Positions 1 through 10,156 of a stretch of DNA of 64,000 bases are shown piece by piece. The stretch lies in NCBI GenBank assembly GCA_965203055.1, contig OZ241863.1, positions 2,185,313 through 2,249,312 on the forward strand, read 5' to 3'. Origin of the DNA: Spirochaetia bacterium (lineage in GTDB: Bacteria > Spirochaetota > Spirochaetia > SZUA-6 > Bin103). The position numbers were made by a program, and so were the translations under genes. The stretch's first letter is position 1; each line of letters starts with the position of its first letter. A model generated the notes under the pieces. That model ran no database searches, was not told the origin of the DNA, and saw nothing but the letters and a program-made list of their open reading frames with translations.

Positions 1-953
1 GTGCCCGCCTGCCAGAACACCGCGACCGCCTGCCCGGCCACCGTATCGTTGATCACCAGGCGCTCGGCCAGCACTTCGTACGGGTAGGCCACGGTGTCGC
101 CATCCAGGTCCACCGACAACACCCGCGCCAGCGGCCGCAGCGCCGCCGGCGTGCGCGGTCCGCGGTAGAGGAACGGCGTGTTGTTCACGTTGTCGTAGCC
201 GGCGTAGGGATTGCGCCCATAGGCGCGCTGGTAGCCGGTATCGCGCGACAGCACCTCGGCGTGCGGGTAGCTGGCGCGGAACTCCTCCCAACTGATGATG
301 TTGGCCGGATAGAACTCCAGCCGGCTGCCGGCGTAGCGGCCGGCGATCGCCTCACCGGTAGCCTGCTGCCACCAAGTCTCGGTCTGCCGGTCGTACATGA
401 TCAGGTTGCTGTAGCGCAGCCGCCCGGTGGTGCCGAAGTCGAGTATCTGCCCGTCGAACTCGCGCTTGAAGCCGATGGCGGTGTTGCACAGCGGGCAGAA
501 CGTGACGGTGACGGGCACCCCGCCCACCTCGTCGTTGACGATCTCGTGCCAGGTAAGCACCTGCAGCGGGTAGGCCTTGGCCGTCTCGCCGACCTCCACC
601 AGCACCACCGGTTCCTGCGCTCCGAGCCACGCCGCGGCGGCCTCGGCGGTGACGAAGCGAGGGGCGTCGAGCGCCGGAATCCCATCCTTGGGCGGTCCGC
701 CGGAGAGAACTTCGGCGTAGGGCACGGTATGCCGGCTGAAGTCGGTGCGGAACTCCCGCGCCGCGCCGCGCGGCGGCGCCTCCTCCTCGAGCAGCGCCGG
801 CGCCGGGGCGGCGGTGCCCGGGCGCGGCGCGGCGCCGGCCGGCGCTGCGCCGCCCGCCAGCAGCGCCAGGGCGAACAGCGGCAGCCCGCAGGCCCGAAAC
901 CAGCGGCCGGCGGGCGAAGCCGCGGCAACGCTTGTCGTCGTCGTACGTCTCAC
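1..953 (-). CDS. DUF3179-like secreted protein (C-terminal part lies beyond the window edge)
   Basis: Not in the ORF track because it has no stop in the window. My own reverse-complement translation from a GTG at 953 gives MRRTTTTSVAAASPAGRWFRACGLPLFALALLAGGAAPAGA (signal-peptide-like) followed by ...GETAKAYPLQVLTWHEIVNDEVGGVPVTVTFCPLCNTAIGF...RYSNLIMYDRQTETWWQQ. The FCPLCNT motif and overall pattern match DUF3179 proteins. An in-frame TGA lies just upstream of the GTG. The overlapping + ORF 261..1115 is low-complexity (A/R/G-rich) and judged spurious. Confidence 0.55.
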   Translation of the reverse strand, partial: MRRTTTTSVAAASPAGRWFRACGLPLFALALLAGGAAPAGAAPRPGTAAPAPALLEEEAPPRGAAREFRTDFSRHTVPYAEVLSGGPPKDGIPALDAPRFVTAEAAAAWLGAQEPVVLVEVGETAKAYPLQVLTWHEIVNDEVGGVPVTVTFCPLCNTAIGFKREFDGQILDFGTTGRLRYSNLIMYDRQTETWWQQATGEAIAGRYAGSRLEFYPANIISWEEFRASYPHAEVLSRDTGYQRAYGRNPYAGYDNVNNTPFLYRGPRTPAALRPLARVLSVDLDGDTVAYPYEVLAERLVINDTVAGQAVAVFWQAG

Positions 954-1057
954 GGAGTGACGAAAGCCTACTCAAGCGCCGCCGGGATTGCAAACGCACC
1001 GAGCATGCATGACAAAGACCTGCAACCAGCCACCCAAGCCAACCCGGCCGCGGCAGT

Positions 1058-1087
1058 TGACCAAGTGACGGTCGCGTTGAGATATTC
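1058..1087 (+). promoter_or_regulatory. Candidate sigma70-like promoter for tRNA-Glu
   Basis: TTGACC (1058-1063), a 17-nt spacer, then AGATAT/GATATT at 1081-1087, about 14 nt upstream of the tRNA 5' end at 1101. Pattern match only. Confidence 0.25.
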
Positions 1088-1100
1088 CGTTTGCCTGCGA

Positions 1101-1172
<72 letters not shown>

Positions 1173-1350
1173 TACCGCCAGCCATTCGATCACCTCATCG
1201 GCACCACTGCCCGGCGCAGCGCGGCTCCTGCGGGGGCGGCAGCGTCCCGCCGCGGCGGGACGCCGGGAACTCGTGCGCCCGCGCTGCTGCCGATATTGGA
1301 AGTATGCCCCGTAACGGTACGCCGTAGCGGGGGCCCGCGCAGGCCCGGCG

Positions 1351-2796
1351 ATGAGAGGACGGCACATTCACTTGGTAGGGGCGAAGGGCACGGGGATGGC
1401 GGCCCTGGCCGAGATCCTGGCCGCGCGCGGCGCGTTGCTGAGCGGCTCGGACGTGGCCGACACCTTCCAGACCCAGGAGATTCTGGATCGCCTGGGTCTG
1501 CGCCCCGGCGTCGGCTTTGCCGCCGCCGACCTGCCGGCGGACACCGATTGGGTGATTCATTCGGCCGCCTACGAACGCGGCGAGAATCCGCAACTGGTGG
1601 CCGCCGCGGCGCGCGGGATCCCGCTCTCCAGCTACCCCGAAGCGCTGGGCGAACTGTCCCGCGCGGCGACCTCGGTGGCGATTGCCGGGGTCCACGGCAA
1701 GACCACTACCACCGCGCTCTGCGGCCTGCTGGCGGCCGCCCTCGAGCTTCCGGCCACCGTGCTGACCGCCACCGGCGTGCCCAACTTCGGCGGCGGCGCT
1801 ACCCTGCAGCTCGGTTCCACCTACCTGGTGGCGGAGACCTGCGAGTACCGAAGCCACTTCGCCAACTTTCAGGCGCGCCACCTGGTGATCACGACGGTGG
1901 AGTTGGAGCACGTGGACGCGTTTCCGACGCGCGCCGCGGTGGAGGCCGCCTTCCTCGGCTTCGCCGGCTCGCTGCCGGCCGGGGGGTGCCTCATCTACTG
2001 CGCCGACGACCCCGGCGCGGCGCAGGTGGCGGCGGCGGTCGCCGGGCGGCGCCCCGACATCCGGCTGCGCCCCTACGGCGAGCGCGCGGCCGGCCCGCTG
2101 CGGATCAGCGGCGTGACGCTGGCGCCCGGCGCCACCCGCTTCCGCCTGGATTGCCTGCCGGACCCGATCACGCTGCGCGTCCCCGGGCGCCACAACACGG
2201 CCAACGCGGCCGCCGCGGTAGCGGCCGCCATGCTGTTGCTGGAGGAGGAGGGGCGCCCGCCGGACCGGGCCGCGCAGAGGGCCATGACCCGCGCGCTGGC
2301 CGACTACCGCGGCGGCAAGCGGCGTACGGAACTGGTCGGCGAGTGCCGCGGCGTCCTGATCATGGACGACTACGCGCATCACCCCACCGAGTTGACCACC
2401 ACGCTGGCCGGTCTGCGCGCGTTCTATCCCGGGCGCCGGATCGTGGTGGACTTCATGAGCCACACCGTCTCCCGCACGCTGGCGCTGCTGGCCGACTTCG
2501 GCGCCGCGTTCGCGGCCGCCGACGAGGTGCTCCTGCATCCGGTCTACGGCTCCGCGCGGGAGGAGGGGGCTGCAGCCGCGGCCGGCGCGCGCGCCGGCCG
2601 CGCGCTGTTCCGCGCGGTGGCGCGCCATCATCCGCGGGCGCGCTACTGCGAGACGCCGGACGCCGCCGCGGCCTACCTGGCCGCCACCCTGGGCCGCGGC
2701 GACCTGCTGGTCACCATGGGCGCGGGGGACAACTGGCGCGTCGGGCGCGAGGCGCTGCGGCGGCTGCGGCGCGCCGCCCGCGGAGGCGGCGGATGA
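1351..2796 (+). CDS. murC: UDP-N-acetylmuramate--L-alanine ligase-like Mur ligase (MurC/Mpl family)
   Basis: 481 aa. N-terminal Rossmann motif HIHLVGAKGTGMAALAEILAARGALLSGSD and Mur-ligase central motif IAGVHGKTTTTAL; the C-terminal domain ends before yicC. The long antisense ORF 1195..2631 and the frame-extended 1170..3653 are GC artefacts. Confidence 0.7.
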   Translation: MRGRHIHLVGAKGTGMAALAEILAARGALLSGSDVADTFQTQEILDRLGLRPGVGFAAADLPADTDWVIHSAAYERGENPQLVAAAARGIPLSSYPEALGELSRAATSVAIAGVHGKTTTTALCGLLAAALELPATVLTATGVPNFGGGATLQLGSTYLVAETCEYRSHFANFQARHLVITTVELEHVDAFPTRAAVEAAFLGFAGSLPAGGCLIYCADDPGAAQVAAAVAGRRPDIRLRPYGERAAGPLRISGVTLAPGATRFRLDCLPDPITLRVPGRHNTANAAAAVAAAMLLLEEEGRPPDRAAQRAMTRALADYRGGKRRTELVGECRGVLIMDDYAHHPTELTTTLAGLRAFYPGRRIVVDFMSHTVSRTLALLADFGAAFAAADEVLLHPVYGSAREEGAAAAAGARAGRALFRAVARHHPRARYCETPDAAAAYLAATLGRGDLLVTMGAGDNWRVGREALRRLRRAARGGGG

Positions 2797-3653
2797 AGAG
2801 CATGACCGGCTTTGGCCGCGCCGAGCACGCCGCGCCGCGGTGGCGCATAAGCGTGGAGATCAAGTCCTACAACAGCCGCTTCCTGGAGACCAGTCTCAGC
2901 GTCCCGGCGGGCTTCGCGGAGTTGGAACCGCGCCTGCGCAGCGCGGTCGCGGAACGGGTGGCGCGCGGGCGCGTCGAACTGTCGCTGGCGCTGCAGGATC
3001 TGACCGATGCGCTGCAGGTGACCGTCGATACCGCCTCCGCGCGGGCCTACTTCGCGGCGCTGCAGGATCTGGCGGCGCTGGTCGGCGGCGGTCCGGTGAC
3101 CTTGGGCCACCTGTTGGCCGTGGGCGGATTCTTCGGCGAGCAGCGCGCGCCGCGGGTCGAGGAAGCGTGGCGCGAATGCCAGCTACCGCTGCGGCAGGCG
3201 TTCGCCCGGCTGGAGGCCGCGCGCGCCCGCGACGGCGCCGTGACCGCCGAGGATCTGGCCCGGCTGCTGGCGCTGCTCGAGGAAGAGGTGGGCGTCATTG
3301 AACGCGAGGCGCCCCCGGCGGCGCAACGCATGCACGCCGCGATGGCGGCCCGGGTACGTGAATTGCTGGCCGAGTCGGTGGACGAGGGCCGGCTGATCGC
3401 GGCGCTGGCTGCGGTCCTCGCCAAGGCCGACGTCAACGAAGAACTGGTGCGGTTGCGCGGCCATCTGGACGCGTTCCGGCACGCGCTTGGCGCCGGCGAA
3501 CCCGCCAAGAAGCTGGAGTTCATCTGTCAGGAAATGATGCGCGAGGTCAACACGATCGCCGCCAAGGGTTCCGCCTACGCCATGAGCGCCGCGGCGGTGC
3601 GGGCCAAGACCGCCATCGAGCGCATGCGCGAGCACCTGCGCAACGTCGAGTAG
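2793..3653 (+). CDS. yicC: YicC/YloC family stress-induced endoribonuclease-like protein
   Basis: Starts MKSMTGFGRAEHAAPRWRISVEIKSYNSRFLE... (the YicC N-terminal signature MTGFGR...KSVNHRYLD-like) and ends ...FICQEMMREVNTIAAKGS...AKTAIERMREHLRNVE. The ATG at 2793 overlaps the murC stop (ATGA). Confidence 0.85.
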   Translation: MKSMTGFGRAEHAAPRWRISVEIKSYNSRFLETSLSVPAGFAELEPRLRSAVAERVARGRVELSLALQDLTDALQVTVDTASARAYFAALQDLAALVGGGPVTLGHLLAVGGFFGEQRAPRVEEAWRECQLPLRQAFARLEAARARDGAVTAEDLARLLALLEEEVGVIEREAPPAAQRMHAAMAARVRELLAESVDEGRLIAALAAVLAKADVNEELVRLRGHLDAFRHALGAGEPAKKLEFICQEMMREVNTIAAKGSAYAMSAAAVRAKTAIERMREHLRNVE

Positions 3654-4177
3654 TGCGCATCGCGATCTCCGGCAAGAGCGGGTGCGGGAACTCCACCGTG
3701 TCGCGCCTGGTGGCGCGGCGCCTTGGCCTGCGGTTGATCAACTTCACCTTCAAGGACCTGGCGGCGGAGTATCGGGTCAGCTTCGCCGAGCTGCACCGGC
3801 GGGCGGCGCACGACCCCTCGATCGACCGCCTCCTGGACCGGCGCCAACTGGCCGCGGCCGCGGCCGGTAACTGCGTGCTCGGTTCGCGGCTCGCCATCTG
3901 GTTGCTCGAGGACGCCGACCTGAAGGTGTATCTGGCGGGAGAGCCGCACGTACGGGCGCGGCGCATCGCGCGGCGCGAGGGCATACCGTACGCCGCGGCG
4001 CTGGCCGCCATGAACGCCCGCGACGACCAGGACCGCGCGCGTTACCTCGAGCGCTACGCCATCGACATCGACCGCTGCGAGCACGCCGATCTGACGTTGG
4101 ACACGGCAAGCCGGGACCAGTTCCAGGTGGCATCTGCCATCGTGGCCGCGGCCGAGGTACCCGACTGCGGCGAATAG
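3653..4177 (+). CDS. Cytidylate-kinase-like P-loop NMP kinase (AAA family)
   Basis: 174 aa. MRIAISGKSGCGNSTVSRLVARRLGL carries a Walker A motif; size and pattern fit (d)CMP-kinase-like proteins. GTG start overlaps the yicC stop. In many bacteria gmk sits between yicC and rpoZ; this one looks more CMP-kinase-like. Confidence 0.6.
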   Translation: MRIAISGKSGCGNSTVSRLVARRLGLRLINFTFKDLAAEYRVSFAELHRRAAHDPSIDRLLDRRQLAAAAAGNCVLGSRLAIWLLEDADLKVYLAGEPHVRARRIARREGIPYAAALAAMNARDDQDRARYLERYAIDIDRCEHADLTLDTASRDQFQVASAIVAAAEVPDCGE

Positions 4178-4192
4178 CGATATTGTATAGTC

Positions 4193-4384
4193 GTGATACT
4201 GCCACTCACGCTGCTCGTCCGCAACGTAGACAACCGCTACGAGCTCGCCGCCGCGGCCATGCGCCGGGCCCATCATCTCACGATCATCGGCGATGACGAC
4301 GTGGAGACCAACCGCGGCAAGGTGGTCTCCACCGCCGTCAAGCAGATCCTCACCCGCAAGGTAAAGTACGAGATCGAACGGTAG
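4193..4384 (+). CDS. rpoZ: DNA-directed RNA polymerase subunit omega
   Basis: 63 aa: ...VRNVDNRYELAAAAMRRAHHL... matches the RpoZ core motif (NRF/Y-L-V-AA-RAR-L). Confidence 0.8.
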   Translation: MILPLTLLVRNVDNRYELAAAAMRRAHHLTIIGDDDVETNRGKVVSTAVKQILTRKVKYEIER

Positions 4385-4415
4385 CGGCTCGGAGGGCGGG
4401 CGGCAGCAGCCGCCG

Positions 4416-5375
4416 GTGGCGTTGCTGATCGGCGCCACCGCGGTCGGCAAGTCGGCGCTGCTGCAGGAGCTGGCCGAGCGCCTGGAGGCCTGCCGCGTCG
4501 AGGTAATCAACGCCGACTCACGCCAAGTGTACCGCGGCCTGGACATCGGCACGGCCAAGCCGCCGCCCGGGCTGCGCCGCCGGGTGCCGCACCACTTGAT
4601 CGACGTCGCCGCGCCCGAGGCGCAGTTCACGGCCGGCGACTTCGTGCGCGCCGCGCACCGCCTGGTGGCCGACATCCACCGGCGCGGCGGGCTGCCGTTG
4701 ATCGCCGGCGGCGCGGCGTTCTACCTCTGGTCGTTCCTGCACGGTCTGCCGGCGGCGCCGCCGGCAGACCCGGAGTTGCGCGGGAAGCTGCAGCAGCGCG
4801 CCCGCCGCGAGGGAGCGGACGCGCTGCACCGCGAGTTGGCGCTGCGCGATCCCGCGGCCGCGGCCCGGCTTCCCGCCGCAGACACCAACCGCGTGGTGCG
4901 CGCCCTGGAGGTATACCGGCTCAGCGGACGACCCTGGTCGACCTTCCGCCCCCCGCAGGCCATGCGCCGCGACTACCCGCTGCTCATACTGGGGCTGCAG
5001 CGCGAGCGGCCCGCCCTGTATGCCCGCATCGACCGGCGGGTAGAGCAGATGTTCCGCGCCGGGCTGGCCGCCGAGGTGGCGGCGTTGCGCGCCCGCGGCT
5101 ACCACGCCGGCACCCCCGGCCTGCGCAGCATCGGCTACGCCGAGTTCTTCCACGAGCCCGCGCCGGCGGCGCGGCGCGCGCTGATTCAGCGCAACACCCG
5201 CCGCTTCGCCAAGCGGCAGATCACCTTCTTTCGCCGCTTCCCGGAGGTGCGCTGGTACCACGCCGACGACGCGCGCGGCGTGGCGGCTGCCCTGCAGAGC
5301 TTCCTCCGCGGCGCGCCGGCGGCACCGCCGGCGGAGGTCCCGCTCAGCCGCTCTTGCCGGCCTTCGGGGCGGTAA
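4416..5375 (+). CDS. miaA: tRNA dimethylallyltransferase
   Basis: N-terminal P-loop LLIGATAVGKSALLQELA, then DSRQVYRGLDIGTAKP, then ...HHLIDV... . The 3' end overlaps the convergent LOG gene by about 30 nt. Confidence 0.9.
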   Translation: MALLIGATAVGKSALLQELAERLEACRVEVINADSRQVYRGLDIGTAKPPPGLRRRVPHHLIDVAAPEAQFTAGDFVRAAHRLVADIHRRGGLPLIAGGAAFYLWSFLHGLPAAPPADPELRGKLQQRARREGADALHRELALRDPAAAARLPAADTNRVVRALEVYRLSGRPWSTFRPPQAMRRDYPLLILGLQRERPALYARIDRRVEQMFRAGLAAEVAALRARGYHAGTPGLRSIGYAEFFHEPAPAARRALIQRNTRRFAKRQITFFRRFPEVRWYHADDARGVAAALQSFLRGAPAAPPAEVPLSRSCRPSGR

Positions 5376-6159
5376 TGGTCCGGGTCAGAATCGCGAACGC
5401 CTCGTCGACGTCGTCCACCAGATGGATCAGCTTCCGGTCTTCGGCGCTGATCGTGCCCCACTCCAGGAGCTTCTCGAAGTTCACTACGTCGTTCCAGTAT
5501 TCGCGCCCGTAGACGATCACCTCCACCGGGCGCTGCACCTTGCGGGTCTGCAGCAGCGTCAACACCTCGAACAATTCGTCCATGGTGCCGTAGCCGCCGG
5601 GGAACACCACCAACGCGCGCGCCAGATACATGAACCAGAACTTGCGCATGAAGAAGTAATGGAACTCCACCGCCAGCCCCGGGCTGATGTAGCGGTTGGG
5701 CAGCGGCTCATGCGGCAGGCTGATGGTCAGTCCGACGCTCTGGCCGCCGGCCTCGGCGGCGCCGCGGTTGGCCGCCTCCATCATCCCGGGACCGCCCCCG
5801 GAGCACACCACCAGTTCGCCTTCCGCGCCGGACTCCTTGGTCCACGAGGTTACCTTGCGGGCCAGCGCGCGGGCGTCTTCGTAGTAGGCGGCGAGGCGGA
5901 TCTGGCGTTGCGCGTGGCGCATCTCGGCGCGCCCGGCGCCGGAGCGGCGGCCGGAAGCGAGCGCGCCGTAGCGCTCTTCCGCCTCCGCCAGCGAGCGGGC
6001 GCTGGTGGAACCGAAGAACACGATGGCGCTGCGGATCCGGCGGCGGCGCAGGCGCGCCTGCGGCTCCAGGTACTCGGACAGAATGCGCAGCTCGCGCGCG
6101 TCGCGGCTGCGCAGAAACGGCAGGTTCTCATATGCCTTCTTGATGCTGGAATCAGCCAT
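5344..6159 (-). CDS. LOG family protein (TIGR00730-type Rossmann-fold nucleotide-binding protein; possible cytokinin riboside 5'-monophosphate phosphoribohydrolase)
   Basis: [19 protein letters not shown] and [12 protein letters not shown] motifs are diagnostic for the LOG family. Confidence 0.85.
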   Translation of the reverse strand: MADSSIKKAYENLPFLRSRDARELRILSEYLEPQARLRRRRIRSAIVFFGSTSARSLAEAEERYGALASGRRSGAGRAEMRHAQRQIRLAAYYEDARALARKVTSWTKESGAEGELVVCSGGGPGMMEAANRGAAEAGGQSVGLTISLPHEPLPNRYISPGLAVEFHYFFMRKFWFMYLARALVVFPGGYGTMDELFEVLTLLQTRKVQRPVEVIVYGREYWNDVVNFEKLLEWGTISAEDRKLIHLVDDVDEAFAILTRTITAPKAGKSG

Positions 6160-7068
6160 GGGTGGGAAGCGCCCTCCTGGCGCCGGTCGGCTCCGGTCCG
6201 AGGCCCGCGAGCACCTCGCGCATGGTCTCGCCGATCGCCGCGGGTGACTCGACCACCGCGGCGCCGGCCGCGCGCAGCGCCTGCTGCTTGGCGCGGGCGG
6301 TGCCGGCGGCGCCCGCTATGATCGCCCCCGCATGCCCCATGCGGCGTCCGGGCGGGGCGCTCGCGCCGGCGATGAAGGCCACCACCGGCTTGCTCATGGC
6401 GGTGACGTACTCCGCCGCCTCCTGTTCCGCGGTACCGCCGATCTCGCCGATCAGCACCACCGCCCGGGTCGCCGGATCGGCCTCGAACAACTCCAGCGCC
6501 TCCCGCTGCGAGGTGCCGATCACCGGGTCGCCGCCAACCCCTACGCTCCCCGACTGCCCGATTCCGAGGCGCGTCAACTGGTCCACCGCCTCGTAGACCA
6601 GGGTGCCGGAGCGGGAGATCACGCCCACCTCGCCCGGCCGGTAGACCGCGGGCGGCATGATGCCGGCCCGAGCGCGGAACTTGGGCGCGATGACGCCGGG
6701 GCAGTTGGGGCCGACCAGCCGGGTCCCGCTACCCCGCAGGCAGCGCTTGACCTGCACCATGTCGCGGGTGGGGACGTACTCGGTGATGCAGATCACCACC
6801 GGGACGCCGGCGTCGGCGGCTTCCAGAATGGCGTCCGCGGCATGCGGGGCGGGGACGAAGATCAGCGCCACGTTGGCTCCCTGCTCCGCCGCGGCCGCGC
6901 GTACCGTGTCGTACACCGGCGTGTCCTCCAGCCGCTGGCCGCCGCGCCCGGGGGTGACGGCCGCCACCACCTTGGTGCCGTAGGCGCGGCTGATACGCGC
7001 CTGAAGCTGGCCGGCGCGGCCGAATCCCTGGATCAGGATGCGGCTCGATCGGTTCAGCAATACCGCCA
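6152..7068 (-). CDS. sucD: Succinyl-CoA synthetase alpha subunit
   Basis: [14 protein letters not shown]..., ...NCPGVIAP..., ...[10 protein letters not shown]..., ...MGHAGAII... . I trimmed the start to the GTG at 7068 ([16 protein letters not shown]), preceded by GGAGG inside the sucC 3' end. The 436-aa ORF extends further 5' but that part overlaps sucC in another frame. Confidence 0.85.
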
Positions 7069-7071
7069 CCT

Positions 7072-8241
7072 TCAGCCTCCTGCGCGCGCCGCCGCGACCG
7101 CGGCGCGCGCCGCCTCGGCGAACCCGTCGGCGCGGGTCAGCTCGACGCCGGCCGCGTCGAGCACCGCCAGGCCCTGGTCGACGTTGGTACCGGCGAGCCG
7201 TACCACGGTGGGCTGCGGCAGGTCGCCGCGCGACTTCGCCGCCACCAGCCCGGCCGCGATCACGTCGGTGCGCGCCAAGCCGCCGAAGACGTTGATCAGC
7301 ACGGCGCGCACCTCGGGGTCGGCGCCGATGATGCCGAGGGCGGCGACGACCGCTTCCTGCCGGTTGGCGGTGCCGATGTCCAGGAAGTTGGCCGGCTCCC
7401 CGCCCGCCAACTTGATCGCGTCCAGCGTAGCCATGGCCAGTCCGGCGCCATTCACCAGACAACCGATGCTACCCTCCAGCTTGACGTAGTTGTCGATGCC
7501 GGCGTCGTGCGCCTGCAGCTCCCGTTCCTCCTCCTGACTGCGGTCGCGCAGCCGGGCCAGCTCCGGCTGCCGGAACAGCGCGTTGTCGTCCACCGCGAAC
7601 TTGGCGTCGCCGGCCAGCAGGCGGCCGTCCGCGGCAACCACCAGCGGATTGACCTCTATCATGCTGGCATCGCTGGCCTCGAACGCGGCCACCAGCGCGC
7701 CGAGCAGCCGGGTGGCAGGCCGCAACAGGTCGCCGTCCAGCCCCAAGGCCCCGGCCAGCGCCCGGGCCTGAAACGGCTGCAGCCCGCAGGCAGGATCGAC
7801 GTACGCGCGCTCAAGCGCCTCCGGCCGCGCCGCGGCGACCTCTTCGATCTCCATGCCGCCCGCGGCCGAAGCGATCACCACCGGCAAGCCGACCGAGTTG
7901 TCGATGGCCACGCTGAGATAGAGTTCGCGCGCGATGGCGACCCGTTCCTCGACCAGCAGCGCGGCTACCGGCAGACCGCCGGGACCGGTCTGGTTGGTGA
8001 CCAGGCGCGCGCCCAGCAGGTCGCGCGCCGCGGCGCCCGCCTCCGCCGGCGTCGCCGCCAGTCTGATGCCGCCCGCCTTGCCACGCGCGCCGGTGTGCGC
8101 CTGCGCCTTGACCACGCAGCCGCGCGGCAGCTCGGCGGCGGCGGCCTCCGCCTGCGCGGCGCTGCGCGCCACGCGCCCGCGCGGCACGCTCACGCCATAC
8201 CGCGCCAACAGTTCCTTGGCCTGATACTCGTGCAGCTTCAC
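7072..8241 (-). CDS. sucC: Succinyl-CoA synthetase beta subunit
   Basis: ...[16 protein letters not shown]... ATP-grasp N-terminus, ...[15 protein letters not shown].... Start trimmed to the GTG at 8241 (VKLHEYQ), matching the canonical SucC N-terminus MNLHEYQ; the ORF as listed begins 17 codons earlier at an ATG. Confidence 0.85.
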   Translation of the reverse strand: MKLHEYQAKELLARYGVSVPRGRVARSAAQAEAAAAELPRGCVVKAQAHTGARGKAGGIRLAATPAEAGAAARDLLGARLVTNQTGPGGLPVAALLVEERVAIARELYLSVAIDNSVGLPVVIASAAGGMEIEEVAAARPEALERAYVDPACGLQPFQARALAGALGLDGDLLRPATRLLGALVAAFEASDASMIEVNPLVVAADGRLLAGDAKFAVDDNALFRQPELARLRDRSQEEERELQAHDAGIDNYVKLEGSIGCLVNGAGLAMATLDAIKLAGGEPANFLDIGTANRQEAVVAALGIIGADPEVRAVLINVFGGLARTDVIAAGLVAAKSRGDLPQPTVVRLAGTNVDQGLAVLDAAGVELTRADGFAEAARAAVAAARAGG

Positions 8242-8341
8242 CTTTGCACTCTCATCGCCGGGTATCCAATCCGGTCGGCGCGGGGCTGTCAACGCGCCCC
8301 GCCGGGGAGGACAGACGGCGGCCGCGCGCTGCGGGTGCCGC

Positions 8342-9862
8342 TTATGGCCGCAGGCCGATGGTCAGACGCCGGCCGCGGCGCAGGACGCGCACCAGGTACT
8401 CATCCTCGCCGCCGTCGCCCAGGATGCGGAAGAAGTCGGCGGCATCGCGGATGGCGGCGCCGTTGATGTGGGTGATCAGGTCCATCTGGCGGAAGCCGGC
8501 GATGGCCGCCGCCCCGGTCTCGTTGACTTGCCCCACCAGCACCCCGCGCCGGCTGCCGCCGATGCCGAGCTGCTCCCGCGCCCGATCGCTCAGATTGGCG
8601 GCCGCCACGTGGACCGGAAAGATACCCGGCCAATCGCGCACCGCGCGCTGGCCGTCGTCGTCCCGCAAGGCCACGCGCACCCGCAACCGGACCGGCCGGC
8701 CGTCGCGCACCACCTCGAAGTTGCTGTCCCGGCCCGGCTCCAGCGCGCCGACGGTTCGTATCAGCTCCGCGCTGCCGGTAACCGCGGCTCCGTCGACGTG
8801 GGTCACCCAGTCGCCGGGGCGCAAGCCGCCGCGCGCGGCCGGCGAGTTTTCGATCACGCTCCAGGCCAGCGCGCCGTCCACGTCGGCGACGCCCAGCGCG
8901 CTCCGCATCGCGTCGCTGGCCGAGCTGACGAACGCCCCCAGATACCCGTAACGCACGGCGCCGGATTCGATCAGATCGCGGACGCCGCGCTTGGCGGCGT
9001 TGATCGGCAGGGCAAACCCGACGCCGGCGCTGACACCGCTGCGGGACGCGATCCAGGTGTTGACGCCGATCACCTCCCCCTGCAGGTTGACCAGCGCGCC
9101 GCCCGAGTTGCCGGGGTTGATGGCGGCGTCGGTCTGGATGTACTGGGCGATGTTGAGACCGTCGAGACGGCTAGATGGTTCCCGTTCGAGCGCGCTCACG
9201 ATGCCGGACGTGACACTCGACTGGAACCCGAACGGGCTGCCGACCGCCAGCACCAGGTCGCCCACCAGCAGCCGGCTCGAGTCCCCGAGGCGGGCCAGGG
9301 GCAGCCCGTCCGGGCCGCGGAACGCGATCACGGCGATGTCCTGCCGCGGGTCGCGGCCCACCAGTTGGGCGCTGAAGTCGCGCCCGTCGTCCAGGGTCAC
9401 CGTGATGCCCTCCGCGGCCACGATCACGTGGTTGTTGGTCAGTACGTAGTAGAGGGTGCCGGTGTTGCTGACGATGATGCCCGAGCCGGTGCCGCCGGGC
9501 ACCTCCGGCCGGCCGAACTCCGGCACCCGGCGCGGCGCAAAGTCGAAGCGGCTGCGACTGCCGGGCGGCAGCGTGGTTTCGATCTTGACCACTACCGGCC
9601 GCACGGAAGCGGCGACCTGCCGAAACGAAGCCTGAATTTCCTGCAGCAACGCCATGCCGGAACTCTGTCCCGGCAACGCCGCTGCGGCCGGTGACGACAC
9701 CGGGACCTCCGCGGCCGGCGCCAGCGGCTCGAAGGAGGAGGGAGCGCTGTCGTTCGGGTCATCGAAGATGCCGGCCGCGGCCGCGGCGGCCGCGCTCAGC
9801 AAGAGCCCGGCGCCTACCGCAATGAGACGCGGCGACAAGCGGATACGTGCCTGGTCAACCAT
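8342..9862 (-). CDS. htrA: HtrA/DegP family periplasmic serine endopeptidase with PDZ domains
   Basis: Signal anchor (LIAVGAGLLLSAAAAA), trypsin-fold motifs ...TNNHVI... (His), ...DIAVIAF... (Asp), ...NPGNSGGALVN... (Ser), followed by PDZ-like regions. 506 aa. Confidence 0.85.
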   Translation of the reverse strand: MVDQARIRLSPRLIAVGAGLLLSAAAAAAAGIFDDPNDSAPSSFEPLAPAAEVPVSSPAAAALPGQSSGMALLQEIQASFRQVAASVRPVVVKIETTLPPGSRSRFDFAPRRVPEFGRPEVPGGTGSGIIVSNTGTLYYVLTNNHVIVAAEGITVTLDDGRDFSAQLVGRDPRQDIAVIAFRGPDGLPLARLGDSSRLLVGDLVLAVGSPFGFQSSVTSGIVSALEREPSSRLDGLNIAQYIQTDAAINPGNSGGALVNLQGEVIGVNTWIASRSGVSAGVGFALPINAAKRGVRDLIESGAVRYGYLGAFVSSASDAMRSALGVADVDGALAWSVIENSPAARGGLRPGDWVTHVDGAAVTGSAELIRTVGALEPGRDSNFEVVRDGRPVRLRVRVALRDDDGQRAVRDWPGIFPVHVAAANLSDRAREQLGIGGSRRGVLVGQVNETGAAAIAGFRQMDLITHINGAAIRDAADFFRILGDGGEDEYLVRVLRRGRRLTIGLRP

Positions 9863-10156
9863 GGTCCTGAACCTCGTTGCTCATTCGTGTCGATACCATT
9901 GTAGAGAACCGCGGCCACGTTGCCTCGCAGTTAACCTGCCGTTAAGGAGCGGCAACATCAGGCCGGCTCGGTGGCCGTCACGGCGGCGTCACGGCGGCCA
10001 ACGACACGACGCCGTACCGGCGATTGAGGCGCGGATAGTCGAGCGCCTCGCAGTCGGCCAGTGCGGTGACCACGGCTTCCTGAAAGAAGTTGGCGTCTCG
10101 CCACCCGCTTGCGAATCAGATAAAATCGTATACATGTTGTACCCGACCGAGTACGC

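Noticed and set aside
6332-7489. 385-aa + ORF antisense to sucD, and ORFs 6162..6596, 6657..6983 and 7038..7295
   Set aside because: All lie antisense or out of frame to sucD/sucC, which have unambiguous family motifs. Their compositions are low-complexity.
8468-9694. 408-aa + ORF antisense to htrA
   Set aside because: htrA on the minus strand has complete catalytic-triad and PDZ signatures; the antisense translation is Arg/Ala/Gly/His-rich.
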